NCBI RefSeq assembly: GCF_031769215.1
Contig: NW_026782064.1
Coordinates: 1,116,001 to 1,180,000, forward strand
Length of the DNA stretch: 64,000 bases
Source: Ylistrum balloti
Lineage: Eukaryota
Reading direction: 5' to 3'
The notes beneath the pieces were generated by a model that did not search any database, had not been told where the DNA came from, and saw nothing but the letters and a program-made list of their open reading frames with translations. How positions within the stretch are numbered: position 1 is the stretch's first letter; each line of letters begins with the position of its first letter. Shown in pieces: positions 1-13,259 of the stretch. The position numbers and the translations under genes are program-made.

Positions 1-1248
1 GAGATTGTTTCTTCCATAAAACAGCCAAATGGCGCGATGGAAACATGATTTTTTATTACAATCATGCCATGAATGTATTCTTTACGGTGACAATTATTTG
101 ATTAGATTTTCATTAATATTTTACATAACATGCACATTTTATCAACACTTAGATAGCTTCTGAAAGGTACAACTTTGAGGAGCCATAAAAAAACAAACCA
201 AGTGACCTAAATCTTTATACTTTATAGATTTGTGACCACAACGGCATGGGCAATGCACCACCAACAGGAAATTTGAATCAGAGAAGGGGCCGTTTTGGAA
301 ACCGGCCCTTTGTAAGAATTCACATGCTTTTTCACCGAATATATGTTTAAATAACGACATTCTCATAATAAATAAATAAATGGCATTTATCTACACATGT
401 CTGCGTGTCTTAGACAGATATGAATAAACTTGTTTTACTTACGTTTTTTCAGAAATATATCATACTTAATTTAGTTTTCTAAAAATATCGTATACCACAG
501 TTTCTTTCAACAGTCTTTCGGTTTGCTATCCTCTGAACTGGCGAAACTCAAAACGTCGAGTAAAATGTATGTTAAGCACGCTGAAAATTTCCGAGAATTG
601 ATATAAATAAAGACCGTACATTCGTGGAACTGGAAGGGAAAGTAAAAATCGGATTCCCTGAATTGAACTATGTCAAGTTGACCTACTTTCGGTTTATCAA
701 TGGACGTTACCCTCATGGTGATCAGTTGTGATTCTGATAGAAAATGATACCTGTATTATGTACAATCCATACTAACCGTTCGTATAACAAGAAGCCGCTT
801 TGCAGTCGACCTCATGTTGGCTAATACACGTAACGATTGCAATATATTCATACTAGCACAATTTGACAGCCGTCAGGCACGAAATGACCCATGATGTGAC
901 CCATTGATTGTGGTTTACGTCACATAAGATGTGTAAAAGCTTGTATCGTTGAAAAAAAAAACATGCAAATAATTACAATAAAAAGTAAGTAATTCTAGGG
1001 TTTTGCACTAAATTTAAATACATTGTAAATACTATCTTTTCTATCAATATTGTTCAGGGGATGATGTGTGAACTTTATTTTTTAATTATTTTCGCCTAAG
1101 CGACTGCTTTGTGACGTTTTTCACAGAGCAATGACATGCTAGAGAAAGTTTCATAATGTTGCTGTTGATATGCATAAAATGTGGTTAAACTTTTTTAGGT
1201 AAATGTGACAAGAAGGGGACGAAGCGGTAACAATTTTAGATAAAGAAT

Positions 1249-4200
1249 ATGTTTTTGGTACTTCCCCAGACTGTTCGATATGCGTTTGTACGATCGAGAC
1301 CAATATGTCCGCGGTGCCTTCAACTTCGGCAGCATGCATCATGGCCTTGGTGCGATACATCGAGAAAACGACCTAGTTGGAGCAAAGCCGTGTCGGACGC
1401 AGAAAAGATCGTGGGATATCCGACGTCGTTCATGAGCCTAAGGTGTCTGCTTAGCGATGAAATTTCCAATGTTGCGATGCTTATGAGGAAATTAGTTGGA
1501 ACAAGACATCCTCTCCTGAAAACTGCAAGGTGACATACATTTTGCTCAGTAATGCTAATTGTTAAATGTTTAACCGTGAATCTTTCTGGCTTTCTGGGGG
1601 CCTCTTAATTGGCGAATAAAATCTTAACTGTATTGTAATTGTGGTCTTCTTATAAACAGCTCGGGGACGGGGCATACATTTCCGTATGATACGCGAATTA
1701 GACTAGCCTTTTATACGAATAGGGGTATGTGTTTGCGGACAAAAAATTAAATTCGAGAGAGATAATCAGAATCCTTCAGACTACTTGGAAATGAGAAGGA
1801 TATTTGTCTGAATTTGTGATTCCACACTGGTCATTTGTTTTCCGTGTTTGCTGTGTCATGCTGGGTTTACCATCTGATAAACAGCAAGGGCCTTGATGAG
1901 ACGGTAGTAGCTGGTGACTACCACACTGAACAACATACACGAGGCTCATGACATGCAGTGTACGTGTAGTCGTGTACGGAACATTATTACGGAACTGGAT
2001 TGGTGTACTATTATAATAAACTGTATCGTATTTTCATTCCCAAATTCTTTGTTCTATATGTAACAAATCACAAATGTGATAACTAGTTCTGTTGTATTAT
2101 CTACTTCTAGAGGTCTTGTTGTGGATGGAAAATATAACATGCAGACCAGAGGACTCATTGTACTCCTTATATCTAAATCAGCAGGGGCTGTTCAGAGTGT
2201 GTTCCATAACTCATCAGATCCAGATATAGTTGATGGCATTCACAAAAGGTTTGTTTGCTACAAATGTTCACATTTTATATGCATACATACTTATGAATTA
2301 TTCACAAATTACATCCTCTATTGTACAATTGTATTATATGTGAATCTGTTGAAGAAACTGAAACATTATTGTGATTGTGATTTGATTATCAGATACAATG
2401 TTTTCATTTGCTGTATATTGTTATATCATTGTTACAATTTCCTTAGTACTGTAGGATTCAAATGACTGATTATTTAATGATGCAGGCCTCCAATTTAACA
2501 TTTTTTGTTACTTGCTGAAAACAGCAAGTGCCTTAAATTTGTACTTGCTAAAATGACTTTACTTGCTATTATCGCAAATCTCCATGTTCAAATAATTTGT
2601 TTTTTGTGATTTATAATGTATTATCTTGCTTCATCCAATACATATCAATATTATAGAAGGACTGCTTTGTCCCAATATTTACACTTTGAAAATAAAAACA
2701 ATTTAATTCTGTGAAATGTTAGGAATAGACAGGCACTCACAATTTGCATCTGATGAATCCACTTGCTGAAAAAAGCAAGTCATTATTTTTTTCTTCTTGC
2801 AATTCTTGGATTTTTGCTTGTAAATAGCCAGTAAAAAGCCTTAAATTTGATGCCTGTGATGAACACTCCAAGTCCATGATTTATTTAAACTTGGATTTAC
2901 ATGCATGGGTATATATCATCTCAACACGATTCTGTAGTACAAATTTATAAATGTTAAGAACAAGACAATTTTTACTGATTTTTTTTTTTGGACAACAATG
3001 TATGGGAATAGATTATATGCTTTCCCCATCATCATCCTATAACAATGGCCTCATGTACAATGTGTCATATTTGTATAATGTCTTTTCTCTCATCTTTGTA
3101 TTGGAATAGAAATATGTTTATACCCAGCCCCTAACTTTTACCCATTGATTCAACAGTCAGCGGACATTAGCAGAGATTACGGAGATGATCTACACAGCAA
3201 ACCTGATCCATAAAGGTGTGATCAACCTCTCGGCCCTCACACCAGAAGATGGCCCTGCTCAGGACATGGAGTTTGGAAACAAAATGGCAGTTCTTAGTGG
3301 AGACTTTCTATTGGCTAGTGCCTGTACAGGATTAGCAGAACTGAACAATACAAAGGTGAAGTGATAAAGTGCTCTCATTGAGTGCTATATATTTTGCAAC
3401 ATGATTATTTATACTTATATGAATTTTTATGTCATTCATTTAAGAAATATTGACTTAAGACACATAATAGAGCCAAATGAATTTTTATGTCATTCATTTA
3501 AGAAATATTGACTTAAGACACATAATAGAGCCAAATGAATTTTTATGTCATTTATTTAAGAAATATTGACTTAAGACACATAATAGAGCCATTTCATGAT
3601 GACAACAATTACATAAATGAAAACATTTTTATTTACTGGGATATATGGTATATAATTTAATGGTAATTGCAGATATTCTAGTCTTTTCTTATGTCTCTAT
3701 TTTTCTTATGTCTCTATTACATCTTTAATTTGAATAAAGATATCCTCTGGCTGTTCATTTTCAATTGCTTGCTCAACACCAATTTTTTTCAGTTAAAGAG
3801 GAACATATTTTTAATACTAATTTATATGTCCTGTTCAGGTTGTTGAAAACATATCCTTGGCCATTGGTAATCTGATGGAATCCGAATTCACTGACCTGCG
3901 AGATAAGGATGGAAAACCAGTACTGCCAACAAGTATTAGGTTTGATGATTGGATGCAACAGACATTCCTGGCATCCGGAAGCTTACTGGCCAGAAGTTGT
4001 CAGTCAGCCATGGAACTTTGTAATCATGACAAACAGGTCTTACACGCTGCCTTTACCTTTGGGGAAAACATGGCATATGCACACCAGGTAGATTATTGTT
4101 TTATGTTAAGGGAGCTATTTAAACAGTAGAACCAGGTAGATTATTGTTTTATGTTAAGGGAGCTATTTAAACAGTAGAACCAGGTAGATTATTGTTTTAT

Positions 4201-5271
4201 GTTAAGGGAGCTATTTAAACAGTAGAACCAGGTAGATTATTGTTTTATGTTAAGGGAGCTATTTAAACAGTAGAACCAGGTAGATTATTGTTTTATGTTA
4301 AGGAAGCTATTTAAACAGTAGAACCATAGAGCGCTATTTATTTACATTTAAGTATAAATGGAGGTTACAAGCAGAATAGTTAATACTGCTATACAATATA
4401 TAAGGTATCTCAAAATATTTTCTGCTGACTAGTAGTATATGTTTCATAGATGTTCTTAAAACACAACATACGAGTATCTAATTGGTTGTGATATATGAAA
4501 GTCTATTTGCTATGCAATGTGATTGTTATTGAAGAAGTATATGCTCTGTTCCAAAGTAGATTGTTATTGAAGAAGTATATGCTCTGTTCCAAAGTAGAAT
4601 TTGAAATTCAAGAGTTTTTCCTCTTGAAAGCATTGCATTTTGGAATGCAAGTCTGATATAAGTTTTACATAGATATACAATTTTAAGTATATATATCATT
4701 TCTCTTGGACACTCGTCGAAAACCACCAATGCTTATGGGTATGATTTGTACTGTGTCAGATGCAGGAGGATCTGAAACCATTCCTGAATCCACAAGATCA
4801 TTTACCTGAATTAACCCTGACTTCTGCTCCTGTCATCAAATATCTAGAACACAGTCAAACGCCAATAGACACCTTTAACTTTAAAAAGGTAGGATACCAG
4901 AGTCTGATGTGTATTAGTTGTGTGAATCCTTTACATAAGTATGTTCATTCATCTGCCAGCAGGAATGTGTTTTAGAAATATTTATTAATTGAAGCCTTGT
5001 TTAACAAAAGGTTGCAAATAATTAACCTTTTTAAATCTATAATTATAGTTAAATATTCTCTTTTCATCAAATTCCTCTGAAAAACTAACATTTGTTATTT
5101 TTCATTCTATTTCAGATTGTGTCACTAGTGAAGGAGAGCAAGGCAGTAGAGGAATGTGAACAGCTTTGTTTAGAGTATGGAGAGAAAGCTAAGGCAGCTT
5201 TGAATGTGTTTCCAAAATCAGACGCTCATAATGCATTAATAAATATAGTGAATGCTACTGCTGTCTCGTAA
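1249..5271 (+). CDS. PDSS2: Decaprenyl-diphosphate synthase subunit 2 (PDSS2/DLP1), 6 coding exons, 383 aa
   Basis: Exons 1249-1529, 2111-2248, 3157-3355, 3839-4087, 4760-4888, 5116-5271, all with GT-AG introns and compatible phases (2,2,0,0,0), total 1152 nt. The translation contains [118 protein letters not shown] and [14 protein letters not shown], which match recalled PDSS2 motifs. HKGVIN replaces the first DDxxD motif, as is typical of the non-catalytic subunit 2. Confidence 0.96.
2483..2856. mobile_element. MITE-like non-autonomous DNA transposon (hAT-like ends) in PDSS2 intron 2
   Basis: Imperfect 15-bp terminal inverted repeats: caggcctccaattta versus caggcatcaaattta (reverse complement of the right end). 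TGATG flanks both sides. Repeated subterminal acttgct motifs include acttgct-gaaaac-agcaagt hairpins at about 2510 and 2761. Confidence 0.55.
3419..3592. repeat. 58-bp tandem repeat x3 in PDSS2 intron 3
   Basis: gaatttttatgtcattcatttaagaaatattgacttaagacacataatagagccaaat repeated with period 58. Confidence 0.92.
4083..4325. repeat. 48-bp tandem repeat x5 that includes the PDSS2 exon-4 splice donor
   Basis: accaggtagattattgttttatgttaagggagctatttaaacagtaga repeated with period 48; the first copy overlaps the exon 4/intron 4 boundary (cag|gtagat at 4087/4088). Confidence 0.93.
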
Positions 5272-5876
5272 CCAGTGTTCTGTGTGAGTGCGTGTGTGGA
5301 CAAATGTTTAAGGCTTTCATTCGGTGTTGTAGAGATGACGTTTATCACTAACTGTTTTGATTGTGATTCATTTGTGATGATTATCGGGTATACTGTTTTC
5401 CCAAAGGAGAATGGTTCTATTTCATGTTGCTCTGGACGTAATTGTCAGAACAGAAATCTTTAACTTAGTTAAGAACATGTTATTTTTGTATATGAGTTGA
5501 ATGATCCAGAGAACAAAATTGCATAGATAATATGTTGTAACTAAGTTATTGTATCAGATATCACTAAACAACTTTGGTAAATGTTAACTGTAACTTGTTT
5601 TTGCAATATAATTTTCAGATTACATTTGGATTTTGTCATTTTGTACACAGTCATATTACTGGATTTCTTGATGAACAATCAACTATCATTGGGCTTAGAT
5701 ATATAGGTAAGGTAGAGAAACAATGTTTTTTTTTTGAAAAAAATACCATTCCACAATTCTGAGATTAAGAATACATGACCTGAGAAGCTAAAGTTGGAAG
5801 TTTTGTGTTTAGCTCAATTTCTCATCGAGCACTTAAATGTGTATTCCAAAATGCAATATACTTACCAGTAATGTAA

Positions 5877-8612
5877 TGTATACTGTAGTTTTACATACTG
5901 TATACTGTAGTTATACATGTTGTATACTGTAGTTATACATACTGTATACTGTAATTATACATGCTGTATACTGTAGTTATACATACTGTAGTTATACATG
6001 CTGTATACTGTAGTTATACATACTGTATACTGTAGTTATACATACTGTAGTTATACATGTTGTATACTGTAGTTATACATACTGTATACTGTAATTATAC
6101 ATGCTGTATACTGTAGTTATACATACTGTGTACTGTAGTTATACATACTGCAGTTATACATGCTCTGTAGTTATACATACTGTATACTGTAGTTATACAT
6201 GCTGTATACTGTAGTTATACATACGGTAGTTATACATACTGTATACTGTAGTTATACATACTGTAGTTATGCATACTGTATACTGTAGTTATACATACTG
6301 TATACTGTAGATATACATGCTGTATACTGTAGTTATACATACTGTAGTTATACATGCTCTTTACTGCAGTTATACATACTGTATACTGTAATTATACATG
6401 CTGTATACTGTAGTTATACATACTGTAGTTATACATACTGTAGTTATACATGCTGTATACTGTAGTTATACATACTGTATACTGTAATTATACATGCTGT
6501 ATACTGTAGTTATACATACTGTAGTTATACATACTGTAGTTATACATGCTGTATACTGTAGTTATACATACTGTAGTTATACATGCTGTATACTGTAGTT
6601 ATACATACTGCAGTTATACATGCTGTATACTGTAATTATACATGCTGTATACAGTAGTTATACATACTGTAGTTATACATGCTGTATACTGTAGTTATAC
6701 ATACTGTAGTTATACATACTGTATACTGTAGTTATACATACTGTATACTGTAGTTAGCTGTATACTGTAGTTATACATACTGTATACTGTAATTATACAT
6801 GCTGTATACTGTAGTTATACATACTGTAGTTATGCATACTGTAGTTATACATACTGTATACTGTAGTTATACATGCTGTATACTGTAGTTATACATACTG
6901 TAGTTATACATGCTATATACTGTAGTTATACATACTGTAGTTATACATACTGTAGTTATACATGCTGTATACTGTAGTTATACATACTGCAGTTATACAT
7001 GCTCTGTAGTAATACATACTGTATACTATAGTTATACATGCTGTATACTGTAGTTATACATACTGTAGTTATACATGCTGTATACTGTAGTTATACATAC
7101 TGTAGTTATACATACTGTATACTGTAGTTATACATACTGTATACTGTAGTTATACATGCTGTATACTGTAGTTATACATGCTGTATACTGTAGTTATACA
7201 TACTGTAGTTATACATACTGTATACTGTAATTATACATACTGTAGTTATACATACTGTAGTTATACATGCTGTATACTGTATTTATACATACTGTATACT
7301 GTAGTTATACATACTGTAGTTATACATGCTGTATACTGTAGTTATACATACTGTAGTTATACATGCTGTATACTGTAGTTATACATACTGTAGTTATACA
7401 TACTGTAGTTATACATGCTGTATACTGTAGTTATACATACTGTAGTTATACATGCTGTATACTGTAGTAATACTTGCTGTATACTGTAGTTATACATGCT
7501 GTAGTTATACATACTGTAGTTATACATGCTGTATACTGTAGTTATACATACTGTATACTGTAGTTATACATACTGTAGTCATGCATGCTGTATACTGTAG
7601 TTATACATTCTGTATACTGTAGTTATACATACTGTAGTTATACATGCTGTATACTGTAGTTATACATACTGTATACTGTAGTTATACATGCTGTATACTG
7701 TAGTTATACATACTGTATACTGTAGTTATACATGCTGTATACTGTAGTTATACATGCTGTATACTGTAGTTATACATGCTGTATACTGTAGTTATACATG
7801 CTGTATACTGTAGTTATACATGCTGTTAACTGTAGTTATACATGCTGTAGTTATACATACTGTATACTGTAGTTATACATGCTGTATACTGTAGTTATAC
7901 ATACTGTAGTTATACATGCTGTATACTGTAGTTATACATGCTGTTAACTGTAATTATACATGCTGTATACTGTAGTTATACATACTGTAGTTATACATGC
8001 TGTATACTGTAGTTAAACATGCTCTGTAGTTATACATACTGTAGTTATACATGCTGTATACTGTAGTAATACTTGCTGTATACTGTAGTTATACATGCTG
8101 TAGTTATACATACTGTAGTTATACATGCTGTATACTGTAGTTATACATACTGTATACTGTAGTTATACATACTGTATACTGTAGTTATACATACTGTAGT
8201 CATGCATGCTGTATACTGTAGTTATACATTCTGTAGTTATACATACTGTATACAGTAGTTATACATGCTGTATACTGTAGTTATACATACTGTATACTGT
8301 AGTTATACATGCTGTATACTGTAGTTATACATACTGTAGTTATACATGCTGTATACTGTAGTTATGCATACTGTATACTGTAGTTATACATGCTGTATAC
8401 TGTAGTTATACATACTGTATACAGTAGTTATACATGCTGTATACTGTAGTTATACATACTGTAGTTATACATGCTGTATACTGTAGTTATACATGCTGTA
8501 TACTGTAGTTATACATACTGTAGTTATACATGCTGTTAACTGTAGTTATACATGCTGTATACTGTAGTTATACATGCTGTAGTTATACATACTGTATACT
8601 GTAGTTATACAT
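5877..8612. repeat. Compound 15/22-bp AT-rich minisatellite (modules TACTGTA/TGCTGTA and GTTATACA), about 2.7 kb
   Basis: Continuous array of tactgtagttataca and tactgtagttatacatgctgta variants directly downstream of the PDSS2 stop codon. Confidence 0.97.
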
Positions 8613-9188
8613 AATTTATGTTGTAGTATGGGCATCTGAACCTATCAAAAATAGTACACGAATTAAAATATTTTGTGTTTTGAAAGCAAAATTATTAGAC
8701 TCAGAGATCCTGATTCACATCAGATGCAATTTTTAGTTATATTGAAACAAATAATGTAAAGAATTGGACAAGTTTTCCTGGTTATGAAGGGTGGTAGATT
8801 TTTGGTGAAACTGCCACCTCTGAATAAATTTCCAGAGAATGCAAGATTTGTAAAATGTTCTATTCGTGTTTTACAATGCATCAGTATTTAATTTACTTTG
8901 TGTGTTTTTAATCTGATCAGTTACACAAGTATAATGATTCTAAGATTTATCGATAGAATCACATTCTTGACTCTCTGTCATAAGTGTAATTATAAATATA
9001 TATCAATGTAAGCATAAGGAAATACATACTCCACCATAAGTATGGGGAAATATTTCCAATGTAAATGTGGTCACAGACGCAAGTAGAGGGACAGTCATAT
9101 TTCCATCAAGTACATGGGGAAATTTATATTTCAACTTTGAATATAGCAAAATTTATACCACCATCAGTAGGTTAACAAAAGGGTAATT

Positions 9189-10354
9189 TATATCTCAACC
9201 TTAAATAAAGGGAAATTATATCTCAACCTTAAATAAAGGGAAATTATATCTCAACCTTAAATAAAGGGAAATCATATCTCAACCTTAAATAAAGGGAAAT
9301 TATATCTCAACCTTAAATAAAGGGAAATTATATCTCAACCTTAAATAAAGGGAAATCATATCTCAACCTTAAATAAAGGGAAATCATATCTCAACCTTAA
9401 ATAAAGGGAAAGCATATCTCAACCTTAAATAAAGGGAAATTATATCTCAACCTTAAATAAAGGGAAATCATATCTCAACCTTAAATAAAGGGAAATCATA
9501 TCTCAACCTTAAATAAAGGGAAATCATATCTCAACCTTAAATAAAGGGAAAATCTCAATAAATGAACCTTAAATAAAGGGAAATTATATCTCAACCTTAA
9601 ATAAAGGGAAATCATATCTCAACCTTAAATAAAGGGAAATCATATCTCAACCTTAAATAAAGGGAAATCATATCACAACATTAAATTAAGGGAAATCATA
9701 TCTCAACATTAAATAAATGGAAATCATATCTCAACCTTAAATAAAGGGAAATTATATCTCAACCTTAAATAAAGGGAAATCATATCTCGACCTTAAATAA
9801 AGGGAAATCATATCTCAACCTTAAATAAAGGGAAATCATATCTCAACCTTAAATAAAGGGAAATTATATCTCAACCTTAAATAAAGGGAAATCATATCTC
9901 AACCTTAAATAAAGGGAAATCATATCTCAACCTTAAATAAAGGGAAAGCATATCTCAACCTTAAATAAAGGGAAATTATATCTCAACCTTAAATAAAGGG
10001 AAATATATCTCAACCTTAAATAAAGGGAAATCATATCTCAACCTTAAATAAAGGGAAATCATATCTCAACCTTAAATAAAGGGAAATCATATCTCAACCT
10101 TAAATAAAGGGAAATCATATCTCAACCTTAAATAAAGGGAAATCATATCTCAACCTTAAATAAAGGGAAAGCATATCTCAACCTTAAATAAAGGGAAATT
10201 ATATCTCAACCTTAAATAAAGGGAAATCATATCTCAACCTTAAATAAAGGGAAATCATATCTCAACCTTAAATAAAGGGAAATCATATCTCAACCTTAAA
10301 TAAAGGGAAATCATATCTCAACCTTAAATAAAGGGAAATTATATCTCAACCTTA
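9189..10354. repeat. 28-bp minisatellite (atatctcaaccttaaataaagggaaatc), about 41 copies
   Basis: Period 28 read directly from the sequence; decayed units lie to the left from about 9045. Confidence 0.97.
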
Positions 10355-10509
10355 GATAGATAATGTGTAAGAATAAGATCAGAACAGAAGCAGTTTATGC
10401 CACGAAATGGTCACAAAGATAATATATGGTTGTTAAACGAGTAGGTCAAAGAATTGTTCTCAAGATAAGCGAAGAACCTCAAATTCAGTTTTTGATACAG
10501 TATATAGCC

Positions 10510-11541
10510 GTACAATGACGAAAACGGTAGGATACAGTTTCTTCGACCTTCTAAGGCTCGCTAGTCATACAGCCGTTTCGTCCTTCCGAGACTGATGACG
10601 ATACAGCTGTTTCGTCCTTCAGTGACTCGATAGTGGTACAGCTGTTTCGTCCTTCTTAGACTCGATAGTGTTACAGCTGTTTCGTACTTCAGTGACTCGA
10701 TAGTGATAGCTGTTTCGTCCTTCAGTGACTCGATAGTGATAGCTGTTTCGTCCTTCTGAGACTCGATAGTGTTAGCTGTTTCGTCCTTCTGAGACTCGAT
10801 AGTGCTAGCTGTTTCGTCCTTCTGAGACTCGTTAATATTACAGCTGTTTCGTCCTTCTGAGACTCGATAGTGTTAGCTGTTTCGTCCTTCTGAGACTCGT
10901 TAGTATTACAGCTGTTTCGTCCTTCAGTGACTCGATAATGGTACAGCTGTTTCGTCCTTCTGAGACTCGTTAATATTACAGCTATTTCGTCCTTCTGAGA
11001 CTCGATGGTGTTAGCTGTTTCGTCCTTCTGAGACTCGTTAGTATTACAGCTGTTTCGTCCTTCAGTGACTCGATAGTGGTACAGCTGTTTCGTCCTTCAG
11101 TGACTCGATAGTGATACAGCTGTTTCGTCCTTCAGTGACTCGATAGTGTTAGCTGTTTCGTCCTTCAGTGACTCGATAGTGGTACAGCTGTTTCGTCCTT
11201 CAGTGACTCGATAGTGATAGCTGTTTCTTCCTTCAGTGACTCGATAGTGATAGCTGTTTCGTCCTTCAGTGACTCGATAGTGATAGCTGTTTCGTCCTTC
11301 AGTGACTCGATAGTAATACAGCTGTTTCGTCCTTCAGTGACTCGATAGTGATACAGCTGTTTCGTCCTTCAGTGACTCGATAGTGATAGCTGTTTCGTCC
11401 TTCAGTGACTCGATAGTGATAGCTGTTTCGTCCTTCAGTGACTCGATAGTGATAGCTGTTTCGTCCTTCAGTGACTCGATAGTTTACAGCTGTTTCGTCC
11501 TCCAGTGACTCGATAGTGATAGCTGTTTCGTCCCTCTGAGA
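10510..11541 (-). repeat. 33/35-bp minisatellite, about 29 copies; the - strand unit resembles a hammerhead ribozyme core
   Basis: + strand unit gactcgatagtgatacagctgtttcgtccttcagt (35 bp) and a 33-bp variant lacking AC. Reverse complement: TCA-CTATCGA-GTC-actgaag-GAC-GAAAC-AGCT-GTA. Confidence 0.95.
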
Positions 11542-13259
11542 CATTATACATTTGATGTTCTTTTGAAATGATCCTATGATGAAAACTTTCAAAATATATG
11601 AATTCAAACTTAATGCATCGACCCATAGATATCCGACATTCATTTCGACCAAGTTTGTTTTTCAGTTTACGTCGCCTACTTTGTATAAAGATTTCAGTCC
11701 CCAAATCTCACTGGCGATTTAGTCGTTCAAATCTGCGATCACTTTGTCGATACTATTTAAGAAATACAAATATGCTGCTGGGAGAGGTAATTAAAATGCA
11801 TCTTAATGCGTATATGGTAAAGTTAATTTGGGTAATAACAATTATAGATCTACATGTTTTGGTACAATTGTGGTAGAATTGTAAATCCGTTCACGATATG
11901 TATGTCTCGTTACTGGTCATATTACTGGAAAAGAACTCCAGAGTGTACCTGTTTTTAACACGTCTGATAAGTCTCGACGTGATGAGATCCGCTCAAGACT
12001 TTGACCTTTCTGTGTTGTAGCCGCGATAACACACATGCTCTTCTTGTAGTACATTTAAATATGATGCAAGTATAAGTAGGAGATTGCTTGTATATGTACA
12101 TCGTATCGCCTCGGCGCTAGATTCACTCAAAAGATTGTTGTAAAAATTAGAATAAGATACAGTAGAGCTAACTAATTAATTAAAACAGCACCATACACAG
12201 AACACATAAGCGAGTATAGCTGAACAACTTCTTCAGTGATACTAGAGACCAAATGTGAGGTAAAGGAGAAAAATTCAGATTGACCGAAACAAATGTTAGA
12301 TAAATGAGGTGACTTACTGCTGGTCTATGAACCTCCACAGGAAGAGTTGGTCGACTGTGCTGTGTTAATTACAGTGGGATATATGCTTAATTTTTGTGCT
12401 GCTATGTAAATGTTTTGTCTCCTTAAAATGTATAATCTACACGAATTTAATACTCTGACCTCTGACCTACTGAAACTGAATTGCGCAATAATGTTAATGG
12501 TAAATATATATAGAGATGTATGGGTTATGCCGTAACGTCATGCCATGTAAACGAAAGACTTCCGCCGACAGGATATGCTGTATGAACGACACGCTCTTCA
12601 GAATTGTTTTGTAATACTTTATTAGACTAAAGGGACGTCAATGTACACATGTACGTTGAAGTTTAACTATGTCAGAAAGGCAATATTATAAAGGTTACCA
12701 TGTCTTCATAGTATACCGGGTACGTTTAGGTAGTCTCGTGTCCTTGGTCAACTAGATAATTCCAAGCAAACAGAAGTGATTAGGATGTTGCAAGATAGCA
12801 CAGACTTTATAACTGTTTAACCATAGGTATCCGTATCAATAATAAGCAAGTACAAACATGTATACATTTATATATACTGCATATATGATTACAGCAATTT
12901 ATGGTACATATTTGATTCTGCGCATCAGATATTTTAAAATTCAAGTTTGAAACATCTATTTTTTATTTTTCCCCATCCTGTTATTTGTAAGGATACCGTG
13001 GAACTTTGAAATGATATTGTATACATGAAATGTAATAAGATATTTTAAAATGTGGTCATACATAATAACCATCTCTACTTTAATATCAAAAGAGCATGGA
13101 CTCGAAGCTTGAGAAAGCGGTCACAGGAACTTGTCTACCAAGTACACAGAATAAAACAGGCAGATAATTTCAAGGTAGATTATAAGCAACTTATACAAAG
13201 AAATTTAAAAACAAAATTGTAATAAATTAATTGCTGATGGTTTGAAGGTCAAGTTATAC

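Noticed and set aside
228-606. Possible + strand exons 228-311 (ICDHNGMGNAPPTGNLNQRRGRFGNRPF) and 514-606 (SFGLLSSELAKLKTSSKMYVKHAENFRELI*)
   Set aside because: Splice sites are plausible and in phase, but there is no compatible upstream exon in the window and no recognisable protein; cannot be supported.
1885-1960. TGATGA plus CTGA and a small hairpin in PDSS2 intron 1 (C/D snoRNA or hammerhead?)
   Set aside because: No terminal stem or proper box spacing, and no CUGANGA/GAAA core.
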